Origin: Atractiella rhizophila
Taxonomy: Eukaryota
NCBI GenBank assembly: GCA_021432655.1
Contig: MU271524.1
Coordinates: forward strand, 1-37,845
Length of the DNA stretch: 37,845 nucleotides
Direction of reading: 5' to 3'
Below the pieces are notes generated by a model. That model did no database searches. It saw nothing but the letters and a program-made list of their open reading frames with translations, and had not been told where the DNA came from. The translations under genes and the position numbers were made by a program. Below are positions 1 to 10,290 of this stretch, piece by piece. The stretch's first letter is position 1. Every line of letters begins with the position of its first letter.

Positions 1-297
1 AAAAGCCATTAGCCATCAAGACGAAGAAAAGGAAATTTGATAGTCAGAAGAAAGAGGAAGACTGGGTAGCGTTGATGAAACAGCGAAGCAAAGGAAAACA
101 GAGGCGGTTGAGGAAGAGGAGAGCAATGGAAGAGAGACCAAGGTAAAGGCTGATTTGGCCGGAGGAGCTCGGGAGGAGAAAGAGGCTGGCGAGGAGTGAG
201 TGTAAGGCATACCATTGATCAACACAAACTCAATTCGTTCAAGTAATCATTACATGCAAGCAGGAAATGACAATGAATCCAACATGTTACCCCATTG

Positions 298-2026
298 TTA
301 CAGACGCTTTTTTGACCTCTCCTTCTCCAGGGCAAAAAACCTTTCTACATGATCGTCCGTCACTGTTTCCCCCTTTTCAGCGAGAGGTCTCAAATAAACC
401 ATGAGCCGATCGCTGTTAAACCAATCGTAGTTCAAGCAAGTGCCTTCAAAGAGAGTCATTGGGACGTACCGCATCCCGTTAAAGGCACGCAAACCATCAA
501 GGGTCTTATCTCTAGGCAGTCTACTCAGGGCTTCGCTTCCGAGTTCGAGGAGTGATTTGTCTACGCTTCATTTTATCAGCGTAACCCACCAATAAGAAAA
601 TAAGACAAACGAGCATCCTTATCCTCCGCCGGTTCCCACACCTCCTCTTCTTTGAGAAGAAACTCCAAGCCGACAAACTGCTTCAGGCACTGCTTTCCCC
701 GAAAATGTGATATCGACAATGAGCTCTGGAGAAAGAGAAAAAGTACGAACATTGGAACATCGACACCATCTAGTCCTCCAATCTTCTTGCAAAAATGCAT
801 CCACATTCCCTCCCTTTTCCTTCACTAACTTATACATCACACTTCCTCCATCGGTCATAGGAGGAGCAATACATCTTTCTTCCGCGTCCGTCTCTGCCGA
901 CATGATACTTCCAACTGCCACAGAAGAACTGGCGAAAGTGACTGACGTGCCCGGAGAGGTTGGAGCGAGAGATCTCGCGTCGATATCAGATGCAGCAGTA
1001 GATGGAAAGTGGAGAGACCTAGAAGAATCGGTTTCGGTTATACTGCTTATTGTGCTACTCAGAGTCGGAGAGAGCCGACGTTTTTTGACTACCTCTTCTT
1101 CTGGTACCTCTTCATCGTCGGCTGGTCGCTTCAGGGATGTAGCTGTGGTAGACGGCTCCCCTTCCACCTCGCCATAGAGCTCTTCAGTCCCTTCATTCAC
1201 TAGTAACACTCCACTGCGCGGAGCACCAGCCCAACGAAGTAGCAACGGAGTGCGCTCAACACAAGCGCCGCAAATAAGGGCGTCATACGCTTCGGGATCG
1301 AGTGGAGGCAAGCAGGACGAGTGGAACCAGTCTTCACAGATGTAACACCTACACCCCGATTTAGCCTGCATATGTATTGAATGACCTCCGCACGCACTGA
1401 ATCATTTCGTCTTCCCTGCGCACCCCCATCAGCACAATGAACAGGCGAGGAGAGAGCAAACTGCAGACTCGGTTTCTGGATTGTAAGGCTTTCCACATCG
1501 ACAGAATTCCCCTCTGAAACAGTGGTCGTATTTATTATCTTCTGCTGCCCGCTCGTTCTTCCTTTTTGATAGTTGACAGGCTTGATCCATCCTCGTCGTT
1601 CCACAGTCACATGAAAAGTTTCTCCGGAAGAAGAGTTCAACGAGTTCATGCGCTGGGAACAGCATCAGTTTTCTCACACCCTGGAAGAAAGAAACAAAAC
1701 CACGAGTGGGCCGAGAGCAGGAACATCTGGAGACCTACAGGCATGACAACTAACAGCACAAGCTCCACACACTCCAACACCGTCACATTCTAATGAAGAG
1801 GCGCTTGAGTATGGCTTTGCCCGAGAACATGTTTTGCATGACCATAGTGATTGCTTAACGGACCCTTCGAGGTATGAACAAACCGTTGTGTCGAAGCCAA
1901 AGATTTCGCGCGCTTCCTGGGACAGTAGTTAAGCAAATAACACATATATTTTTCATCCATAATACGAACTGTTTCTAGCGCGTCCTGAGCGTCTATCACC
2001 TCTTGCAATGTCAATTCCTGGGCCAT
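298..2026 (-). CDS. UBR7: UBR7-like E3 ubiquitin ligase (UBR-box zinc finger + PHD-like finger), multi-exon
   Basis: Exon pieces: MAQELTLQEVIDAQDALE; HELVELFFRRNFSCDCG..CQL..NKYDHCFRGEFCRCGKPYNPETE; CYICEDWFHSSCL..YDALICGACV; WRTRWCRC; FLLKEEEVWEPAED; LMVYLRPLAEKGETVTDDHVERFF. ATG at 2026, TAA at 300-298. Confidence 0.88.
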
Positions 2027-2145
2027 TTTGGTTGTTCCATCTGACGGACTTCCTCGTTCTCCGTTCTCTCATCCGAAAAAGGAAGGAGGTTAAATTTCCA
2101 CTCCTCGCTCTTCTTCATCCTTCATCAAGGACGCGTCAGTTCACG
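2027..2145. promoter_or_regulatory. Very short divergent (bidirectional) promoter region between UBR7 and RPN13
   Basis: Only 119 bp separate the two oppositely oriented ATGs (2026 and 2146). Confidence 0.6.
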
Positions 2146-3243
2146 ATGTCAAGATTGCTCGAATTCAAGGCTGGGAAATGCGAGAGAAGGGGAGAAACTG
2201 CTTTTGTTGATCCCCTGCCGGGAAGGGGGTATGCCCTGGTTCTCCTTTAAACAGATTTACGCTGATCTGAGTGACTCGCTAGGCTCATTTTCCTGGAACA
2301 GGTTTGCCCTCTTTCAAAGTCGTAGAAAAGGCTTCCGCTGACACCTTTGCAGCAAGATGGGCTGCTCCATTGTAGGTATTTATTTGCACACCGCAGAACC
2401 CAACTGACTCTTCTGCAGTTTGTTACAAAGATCTCACCACCTCTATTGTTGACGATCTCATCGGTCAGTCATCTTCTTCAAAGCTCAGCGCCACTGGAGC
2501 TTGACCTATTCAGTCTTCCCTGGAGATGCGTCATTCACTCCCACCTCACGCGCACGTGTCTACGTCCTCCAATTCTCATCTTCGGACGCGCGACACTTTT
2601 TCTGGATGCAAGATGTGAGCTCGGAGAAGGATGAACAGAATGTGAGGAGGGTAAACGCGTTGATAGAGGATCCTGAGCAGGAGTTTGTCGACGTTGAGAT
2701 GGCTGAGTGAGCTTTCGTCTTGTTCTGTACTTCGTTAGACGAACGAAATTTATGACCTCGGAATCCTTTATCAGTCAACCGCCTGCTTATGCTGCCGGCT
2801 CTTCCTCTCAACAACAATCTTCGGATGAAACAAGAGGAGACGTCCCATTCACCTCCGACCAGCTATCGCGCTTGCAACACATTCTCGCTTCCGCACGTGG
2901 GACCTCAGCAGCTAGTGCTGCTCCTTCCTTACTCCTTAGTGATGTCCTTGCTCCGCCCCTCTCGCTCAACGAATCTATAGTCGAATCTCTATATTCATTT
3001 CTACCTCCCTCCCTTCCCAGCACTTCAGAAAATGTGCGTCGCATTCTGGAAAGCTCCGAGCTGAAGAGAGCAATCCGTGGTCTTGATATGGCCTTTATCA
3101 ACGCGCCAGGTGCCCTTGCGCCGATGTGCGAGGGTTTGGGGTTAGGTGGTGAAGCTGCCCTCAGTGCTCAGACTTTTGTTGAGGCAGTGAAAAAGCAAGC
3201 GGAAGAGGGGATGGAAGGAAGAGCTAGAATGGAGACTGATTAA
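2146..3243 (+). CDS. RPN13: Proteasome ubiquitin receptor Rpn13/ADRM1 (PRU domain + probable C-terminal UCH37-binding domain), multi-exon
   Basis: Spliced reading: MSRLLEFKAGKCERRGETAFVDPLPGRG|LIFLEQ|QDGLLH|FCYKD..DDLI|VFPGDASF..RVYVLQFSSSDARHFFWMQD. C-terminal region LYSFLP..RRILESSELKRAIRGLDMA..FVEAVKKQ. Canonical GT-AG introns. Confidence 0.9.
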
Positions 3244-3583
3244 TGTTGTTGACATAAACATTCTGACTGAGCTGATGATCTAATGTCACAATACAGACCA
3301 TCATTTCTCATATCTCTTCCGCATCTCCTACCAAGTCGTTGCGTGCCATCGCACCATCCGCCATCATTTGGGAAGGGACTCTATGAAACAGGAGGAGAGA
3401 GGGTACAAAGGGTAGGCGATGCCTTCTCGTCGCATGGTCAACAAGAAAGAGCAGTAAGACACACCAAACGTGATGGAAGGACCTGTGTCATTTGTCTGAT
3501 CTGACGTGTTTGGCAGTCACTTTGTGAAATCAACCGAAAAGAGGCGAAAGTTGCTGGATGTGACTTTGCCCTGAAGGGGAAAG

Positions 3584-4578
3584 TCACGAAATCATGAGAT
3601 GGTGGACAACCTTATAGCTTATTACCACACATGCACAAGTTTGAGTGGTCTCGAGTGCGTCGCTGAATATGCTCGCTATACATAGCGTTTCTTCGCCATT
3701 TTCTAACCACAACCACAGCCACTTCAACGAGTTATGGGTGCCGCTGAATCTGGAAACAGCGTCAACAAGGCCCTTGAGCCCTCTGTCCGGTGTTTGAAGA
3801 TCCTGCCGTATTATTGTCCTATTCGTTATCTTTTCAACCCGGCATTGTTTTTGAATGGCCAATATCCTAATGCCATTTGATACCGTGCGCTCGCTGCTTG
3901 CTTTTTCTCTCTGCTTACTCTTTATGAGTTTTTTCAGTCCTTCTTGCAACGACCACACTTTTTCGTAACATGTAATCGATAGAACTGCTATATAAAATTG
4001 CACTAAAAACAGTGTCAGTGTCCGATATACATGCCTCTTACTATCTCCGCAACTAAAGCAGGTTCTTCATATGTGATGAACAGGGGTTCATCACGTCTGA
4101 TACTCCTCCAGACCACCTTATGCCTTTACTGGCTGTCTCAGAGGCTTCTGCTCGTTCATGCCGCCGAATTACGATACCCAGTAGCTCCAAAACCGCCTAT
4201 GTTGGCCATCAACCGTACTCGTTCACCTGACTTCACAGGCTGCCGTAAGGACAATAAAATGGTACTCGTCTGCTGCAGATGGCGCTCACATGCTTGTACT
4301 CGTGCTCGCAAGAAGTGGGATACCGTTGTACACCCTCTCGATGGTGTTTCTTGATCTGGTGGTGTCCCCATAGCTAGCAAACCTCCATAGGCTTCAGTCT
4401 TGCTACTCAGCGATAATATTGGAGATGATGAAAGTACCAGCATCATTGTGGATACTGATACCTCCATCGAGAGTCGGTTTGGTTCGAGCTTGAATTGCAA
4501 AGCACTGGCCGCACTTCCTTTCAGAAACCAGAAACGAAAGCGATTACATTGATTTGAGTTCGACCAAGTACGACACAA
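3584..4578 (-). CDS. Possible hypothetical gene or degenerate gene fragment(s)
   Basis: Two minus-strand ORFs (139 and 140 aa) with protein-like composition. No recognisable domain and no confident splice model. Confidence 0.25.
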
Positions 4579-4902
4579 GAAACCAAGCCAATAGAGCAGA
4601 AAATTAGACGAATATCAGACAGTGAATCGAAAAGGAATGGAAAGAGGATCGACATCCTTCCAAATGAAAGGCATTCCATATCTCAACCGCTGCTCATCGA
4701 ACCACCTCGCATCAATAACCTTGCTCTGTCATCTCACTTTCGAAGTCCTGAGCGGTATATTAGATCTCCTTCCATCCTCCTTTTCATAGTCCGCCTCCTT
4801 CTCTCAACCAGCAGCGCTCTTCTCCTTCTCCAACCCGTCGCCTCTTTCTTCGAGACTGAGCTGTCTATTCCTCGTTATAAGTCAATATTCCCGCTCCGTA
4901 AC

Positions 4903-6804
4903 CTAAGCCTCCAGAATCCATGAGCGCTCATCCTCCTCACACACCCTACATTCCCTCATAGTCGCCCTAGCGATCCCGATCTCCCATTCAAGCCACGCTC
5001 CAAAGAATAACCGCACACTTAACATCTTCACTTGCACCTCTTCAGATTCATGCTCCACATTCCCCTCCAATATCTTCTTCTGCCGCTTTGCAAAGAACCA
5101 ACGGACAAAGTCTGGGAAATCGTCCCAGTCCACGACACAGTACTGGACACATATGCCTTGGATCGCTGATGCATTTTTCAGACTGCTGAAGAAGTGGAAG
5201 GGTACCAGGTTTGAATTTTCTTCGCCACCGTCGAGGTAGAGCTCGGTGAGTTGCGTGAGGTATGATAAGTCGAACGGAGCGGGCAGAATAGATATGCTTC
5301 CATCAGTCGAGAAGGGGGCGAGGGTGAGAGTGAGAGATTCTAGAACAGGAGGCAGAACATTGCCACAGAAAGACGGGGGGAGAGGACAGACATAGGAGAG
5401 AATCAGTTCGTGCAAGGTGTGCGGGAGGGAGAGTGATGGCAAAGGCGGGTACCGTCCAAGGTCTAGCTCTATGAGACCAGGAGGTAACAAAAGGCTAGTA
5501 GATCCTGAAGATGCTGTCGAGAAGGCAGACGAAGTGTCCTCCACATCGTAAACACTGAGCCTTTTGAGGCTCCCGTTCACCCTCGACACAAAATTCTCGA
5601 CCTCGTCTTTCCTCCACTTTCTCGTACCTTTAAAAATTTTTACATCATCCAACCATTTCAAGCTTGCAATCGCATTCAACACCATTCCTGCCTCCTGTTC
5701 ATTCCAAAATGCCCTCACCGTCACTTGTGTAACATTTGGAAAGGCTGCGATGACCTCTTCCACCAGTGCAATGCTCATGTACTGATGAAAGCGCAGATCT
5801 CTCCACAGACATCCAGCAGCATGGTACAGTCCTGACGGAGCATGATGCTCGTTCGTAGAGGTAGCTTGGTTTGGACAAGCAGCTGAGATAGCTTTCCACG
5901 CCGGCAGCAGTTCGCCATGGAATGTGGCAGCAGAGTTCCATTCGTCCGCACCGTCATCCACTTCCCCAGCTACAACAAAATCAAAGATGTAATACATAAG
6001 CTCAATGGGAAGGCGAGAGATTGGGGCAACCGCTGGACTTGAGAGTGACAGTTGAATAAGGTTCGCATGGCCGCTATCCCTCTTCCATAATTCGTTATCA
6101 GCGACAGGGACATAACTTCGAAAAGCGATATAAGTGGCGATTGGAGCGAAGATCGCTACAGAGCGATTTTCTGGAAGGAGAGGAAAAGTGAGAGTAAATG
6201 GTAGCATCTGACCCCCTCGATTGACGCAAGCATCTGTCCCATCTCCAAAAACTACTATAATATTTTCCCGATCGAGGGTCATGCAAAACTTTGCTATCCC
6301 GTCGTCCCCAATAGAAGTTTCGAGGCATGGAATTGAGAAACAGGTCAATTTTGACGACATCTCCACTAGATCGTCCGGAGTGAATTCAACAGGAAAAACC
6401 ACAGTGATCTGCAGCGTCCCAGGTGATGGATGAAGGCTGGATATGAAAGAGGGGAGAATGGAGAGCCACAGCGAGTGGCACCGTCCTGGGGTGATAACAT
6501 TGACAAGTCCGAGGGAGTTTTGTGGCTCAGAATCCTGCTTAATTGTTGTCAGATGCGTAAGGATGAGAAGAAGACAGCAACAGACAAATGTTGAGTTCAA
6601 CCTGTGTTGCCTCTGCGTTGTCCCTGTTTCACCCATCTCGACTTGGACCGTTCTCAGCTTAACGTTGAGAGGTAGAATTTGATGGATGAACTCGAAGGAC
6701 AAATCGTCGTGCGAAGACACTGTCTGGCAGGACCTCCTCAAGTTAGTCCTCCGGACGAGGGTCAAGAAAACTTTGTGGGTCTGGATGACTGTTGGACTCC
6801 CCAA
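4903..6804 (-). CDS. F-box-like / LRR(RNI)-like protein with long N-terminal extension; 5' end may extend to ~7138 via introns
   Basis: 633-aa ORF with ISRLPIELMYYIFDFV (F-box start) followed by LRR-like motifs (SLKRLSVY, LIELDLG, LHELILSY, LESLTLT, LTELYLDG). Confidence 0.7.
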   Translation of the reverse strand: MGSPTVIQTHKVFLTLVRRTNLRRSCQTVSSHDDLSFEFIHQILPLNVKLRTVQVEMGETGTTQRQHRLNSTFVCCCLLLILTHLTTIKQDSEPQNSLGLVNVITPGRCHSLWLSILPSFISSLHPSPGTLQITVVFPVEFTPDDLVEMSSKLTCFSIPCLETSIGDDGIAKFCMTLDRENIIVVFGDGTDACVNRGGQMLPFTLTFPLLPENRSVAIFAPIATYIAFRSYVPVADNELWKRDSGHANLIQLSLSSPAVAPISRLPIELMYYIFDFVVAGEVDDGADEWNSAATFHGELLPAWKAISAACPNQATSTNEHHAPSGLYHAAGCLWRDLRFHQYMSIALVEEVIAAFPNVTQVTVRAFWNEQEAGMVLNAIASLKWLDDVKIFKGTRKWRKDEVENFVSRVNGSLKRLSVYDVEDTSSAFSTASSGSTSLLLPPGLIELDLGRYPPLPSLSLPHTLHELILSYVCPLPPSFCGNVLPPVLESLTLTLAPFSTDGSISILPAPFDLSYLTQLTELYLDGGEENSNLVPFHFFSSLKNASAIQGICVQYCVVDWDDFPDFVRWFFAKRQKKILEGNVEHESEEVQVKMLSVRLFFGAWLEWEIGIARATMRECRVCEEDERSWILEA

Positions 6805-7341
6805 GGTGGAACCTGCAGGCCCCCCAGGTTTCCTGGTGCTGGCACGTCACCTCGTGCGGGTGTGTCCCCTGCATCCTGATAATCTCAAAACCACTGCCTC
6901 CATCCATGTGCGCTCGAAGTAATATCCTCCAAGCCAGAATATGTGGAAAAGTCCAATAAAGGATTGTGGACTCAAGACATGGCTCTATATGAGGAAGCTC
7001 CACTTTTACGAGCATAGTGAAGAGCAGAAGACGAATCTTACCGGTGCAGATAGAGTGGAGTTGGAATGTGTCAATGCTGGGGAGATTAACAAGGTGTTGG
7101 AGTGGGGCGGAAGGACAGGAAGAAGCAGGAGGACTCAAGAGGAAGCAGGCAGAGAATGGGTTGAAATAAGTGGTTTCCTTAATTCATCTTTGCCAGTATT
7201 ATGCCTATATATCCGTAAATCTTTGCAGCCTTCAAAGGGACATTATTACACATTTTTAAATATTTTTCAGGCATTCGTATTCCAGTCATGTGTGTGAGGG
7301 GCCCTGTGGTTCCACCTTGGGGCAGAAGGGTGTTAGGGCTG

Positions 7342-7587
7342 TGTCAGGTTTGCATCTTATGCAAATTGGCGCCCATTCGCTGGATTGCATCTCCTATCGC
7401 CCATTTGCGTTCCCCGCGAATCGGCGCCTGTTCAACCATTTGCATTCCATACAAATCTGCGAACCGTCACCACTCTGCGTCTCCCGTCGCCTATTTGCAC
7501 ACAGTGTAAATTCACCCGATTCACCTGCATCACCTCTTAGCCCATTTATGTCTATTCTCCTCTTATTAACTCCGTGTAATCCCACTC
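7342..7587 (+). repeat. Truncated LTR copy, inverted relative to 7588-7949
   Basis: Begins TGTCAGGTTTGCATCTTA, the reverse complement of TAAGATGCAAACCTGACA ending at 7949. Similarity continues, with an internal insertion, to ..TAATCCCACT at 7586. Confidence 0.8.
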
Positions 7588-7949
7588 TGTTAGGGCAAAC
7601 ACTATGTGCAGTCGCCGATGGGCGATGCGTCTGAAGTGGAGATAAACCTAAGGGCATGATATGACATGAAGACTAACCTGTAGTGGAGATAAACCTAAGA
7701 GAATACTGTAAGGTCACCTTCACTACTCTCTGATCTATATATACGAGCGGAATAACACTGCCACAGAGCGTAGAGGAGAGCAGATGAAACATGTAAGAGA
7801 ACTAAAAGGGGAAGTGACAGTGGGATTACGTGGAGTTGATAAGAAGAGGATAGGCACAATTGGGCTAAGTGGTGATGTAGGTGCAAATGGGCGACGGGAG
7901 ACGCAATCCGGCGAATGGGCGCCGATTTGTGTAAGATGCAAACCTGACA
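7588..7949 (-). mobile_element. LTR (TG...CA), possibly the 3' LTR of the Gypsy element
   Basis: TGTTAGGGC...AAACCTGACA ends. The first ~150 bp resemble the solo LTR at 8253. TATATATA at ~7736. Internal 22-bp duplication CTG(A/T)AGTGGAGATAAACCTAAG (7631, 7678). No TSD or clear PPT seen; orientation inferred. Confidence 0.75.
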
Positions 7950-8252
7950 GGCGTGTAGAGGAGTAGGACCTCTCAAAGTGAGGGGAGGGGACCTCACGAT
8001 TGAGGCAATTTTCGTAAATGCGACATTGGTGATGGTGTGAGAACGCAATGAGCATTCGTCTTTGACAGGCGACGAATGGACTCACCAACGACCAAGTCGC
8101 CGACTTGTCCGTTGAGGAGGAAGTCGGCGCCTTGCCTTGACCTAAGTATCAAAGACTAGGATTTCACCCGGCAAGGCATATAGGGGTGTTGGACCCCTTA
8201 AAGTGAGGAAGACCCTTCAGCACGTTTTCGTGGAAGGTTATGAAAACGCGCA

Positions 8253-8693
8253 TGTTAAGGCTGACACTATGTGCGGTCGCCGATAGGCGATGCGTCTGTA
8301 GTGGAGGTAAACCTAAGAGAATACTCTGAGGTCACCACCACTACATCTCGATGTATATATACATAAGTAGAGGCACTGCCATAAACTGTAACATATGTTG
8401 CTTGAAACGTATGTGATAACTAGATCAGGAAAGTAATAAAGGGAATACTCGGAAATAAGATATACTGGGCAGTATTAGTGAGAAAGGACAATAAGGCGAA
8501 AATGGAGACAATGCAGATCGGCGAAATGTATAAGGTCTGCTAAGCGGCGATTCGTGTGAGGAATGGAAAAGTGGCAAACAGCGCAGACCTGTGCAGAGCA
8601 GCGATGGGTAGGTACGTGATCACATGACACGGTAAGGTGGGTCACCTGACCTCAGATGGTGCATTTCGGTAATGCTTGGGGGCAAGCCTGACA
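8253..8693 (-). mobile_element. Solo LTR (441 bp) with 5-bp TSD, inserted in the 3' end of the pol ORF
   Basis: TGTTAAGGCTG...CAAGCCTGACA flanked by GCGCA at 8248-8252 and 8694-8698. Related to the LTR at 7588. Orientation inferred. Confidence 0.9.
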
Positions 8694-10240
8694 GCGCATT
8701 TGGGCGATTTTTGGCAGAGTTTGGTATGGAATCGGGACGAACTGCAAGAGGGTGTACCATGTGATAGTCCTTTATAGCATCCTGCGAATTTTCTAGATCT
8801 GCCATGTTGATCCACTCATCCTCAGATGGTGAATAACCTTTGTATCGAAGGCGATATTTGAAAACTCTATTTCGGGTACCCAACCATTTTCCATCAACAA
8901 TTTTTTCCACTTCCCATTCTTCAATTCCATGCACCAATTCCAGAGGTGGTTTGGGCAACTGGACTCTGCCAGAGATGTCGTCTTCATTGACTTTTCGTAT
9001 TAGGCCCACATGGAACACTGGATGTATCTTCCATGACGATGGATGTATCTTCCATGACGATGGCAACTCCAGTTTAAGGTTGAAGGGACCAAAACTTGCA
9101 AAATGCGAAAGGGACCATGCCATTTGTTGTCCAATGTTTTGACAGGTCTCGTCAATTTGATGTTCTTCACGCTCAACCAGACGAAATCGCCGACATGATA
9201 TTCGGGCGCTGGTGCAAGTTTTCTGTCATAATGCTTTGCCATGAGATCAGTTGCTTGTTCGAGTGCCACTTGTGCTTCCCGGTCGGCAATTTGCATCTTT
9301 TCGACGAATTGCGCCGCTGCGGGAACGTCCTTGTCAGAGATGGGTTCAAAAGCCATGTGGGGATGTTGACCGCAATTGAGCGAAAATGGAGTTATGCCCG
9401 CGAACTGACACGAATGTTGAGTGCAAATTCTGCGTTGGGAAGTCCTTCCACCTAATTATCTTGAAGGTTGTTGCAGAAAATGCACAAATATTATTCAACT
9501 TCTGTTGGATTTTGCAGTCTAGTTTCGTGCCACTCAGTGGCAAAGTCCTTTAGTTTTCTGGAATGTTCTACTATTTTCTAGTTGCCACTGCTGTAAGCTA
9601 TATAAACACATAGAATTCCATTTCCTGGTGCTCATGCGTTTGCAAGAGCTCAGCCAAACGTAACCAAGTCGTACTTAGCTCCGCTCCTCAGCCCGTCGAT
9701 TTCCAACAACTTCTTAGTTCATACGTTCAGTCTGGCAATCACTTTGTGGGTGGCAGGCTGTCAATGGTGAACCTTTGATGCCTAAAAGGCGAAAAAGTGC
9801 CGATGTGAATTTGGACACAAACTCTTTGTTGTGATCAACAATTGTGACATCGAAAAGTCCATGTAACTTCCATACGTGATCACGAGAAAGTCTTGCAAGG
9901 CGCTCCGCATCCATCATCAAATGGGTAGGTATGAGATGGGTGCATTTTGAGAGTCTGTCAACTATGACGAAAATCATGTCCAACCCCCCAGATTCTGGGA
10001 GTGGTTCAACCAAGTCCATGCTGACGATTTGCTATCGATGCGTGTGAATGTCATTTGGTTGCAAAAACCCGACAGGAGGGAAGGAAAGTTTTTTGTCCTG
10101 TGACAAGTGTGACAGGCGCTGATGTAATGGCGAATGTAAATGTGCCAAACCTGGCCACCAGGAGTACCTTTTTTATGAGAGCCGTCGTTGATTTTATGCC
10201 TGGATGACCGGCGATTTGCGAATTATGCAGGTCTTGCAAA
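8694..10240 (-). pseudogene. Gypsy integrase + chromodomain (frameshifted, interrupted by a solo LTR)
   Basis: Zinc-binding, core, GPF and chromodomain motifs across ORFs 10051-10239, 9714-10019, 9000-9356 and 8620-9123. Confidence 0.9.
9503..9708. mobile_element. Solo LTR (206 bp), Ty1/copia-like termini, 5-bp TSD
   Basis: TGTTGGA...TCCAACA flanked by ACTTC at 9498-9502 and 9709-9713. TATATAAA at ~9599. Removing it rejoins the integrase as QTERMN*EVE*YLCIFCNNLQDN. Confidence 0.88.
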
Positions 10241-10290
10241 ATCGAGCGGTGAATTTCGTCCCCACGGGGATGTACAGTTTTCCATGAAAA

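Noticed and set aside
1..230. Possible start (ATG at 16-14) and pyrimidine-rich 5' UTR of a minus-strand gene leaving the window
   Set aside because: Only ~5 codons visible. The listed ORFs here are low-complexity and unsupported.
4031..4354. Plus-strand ORF with LVCCRW resembling an F-box end
   Set aside because: No LPxE start motif and no downstream open frame; could be chance.
7950..8210. Degenerate repeat GACC(T/C)CT(C/T)AAAGTGAGG at ~7967 and ~8193 as a PPT or PBS
   Set aside because: Neither is a clean polypurine tract abutting an LTR; function unsupported.
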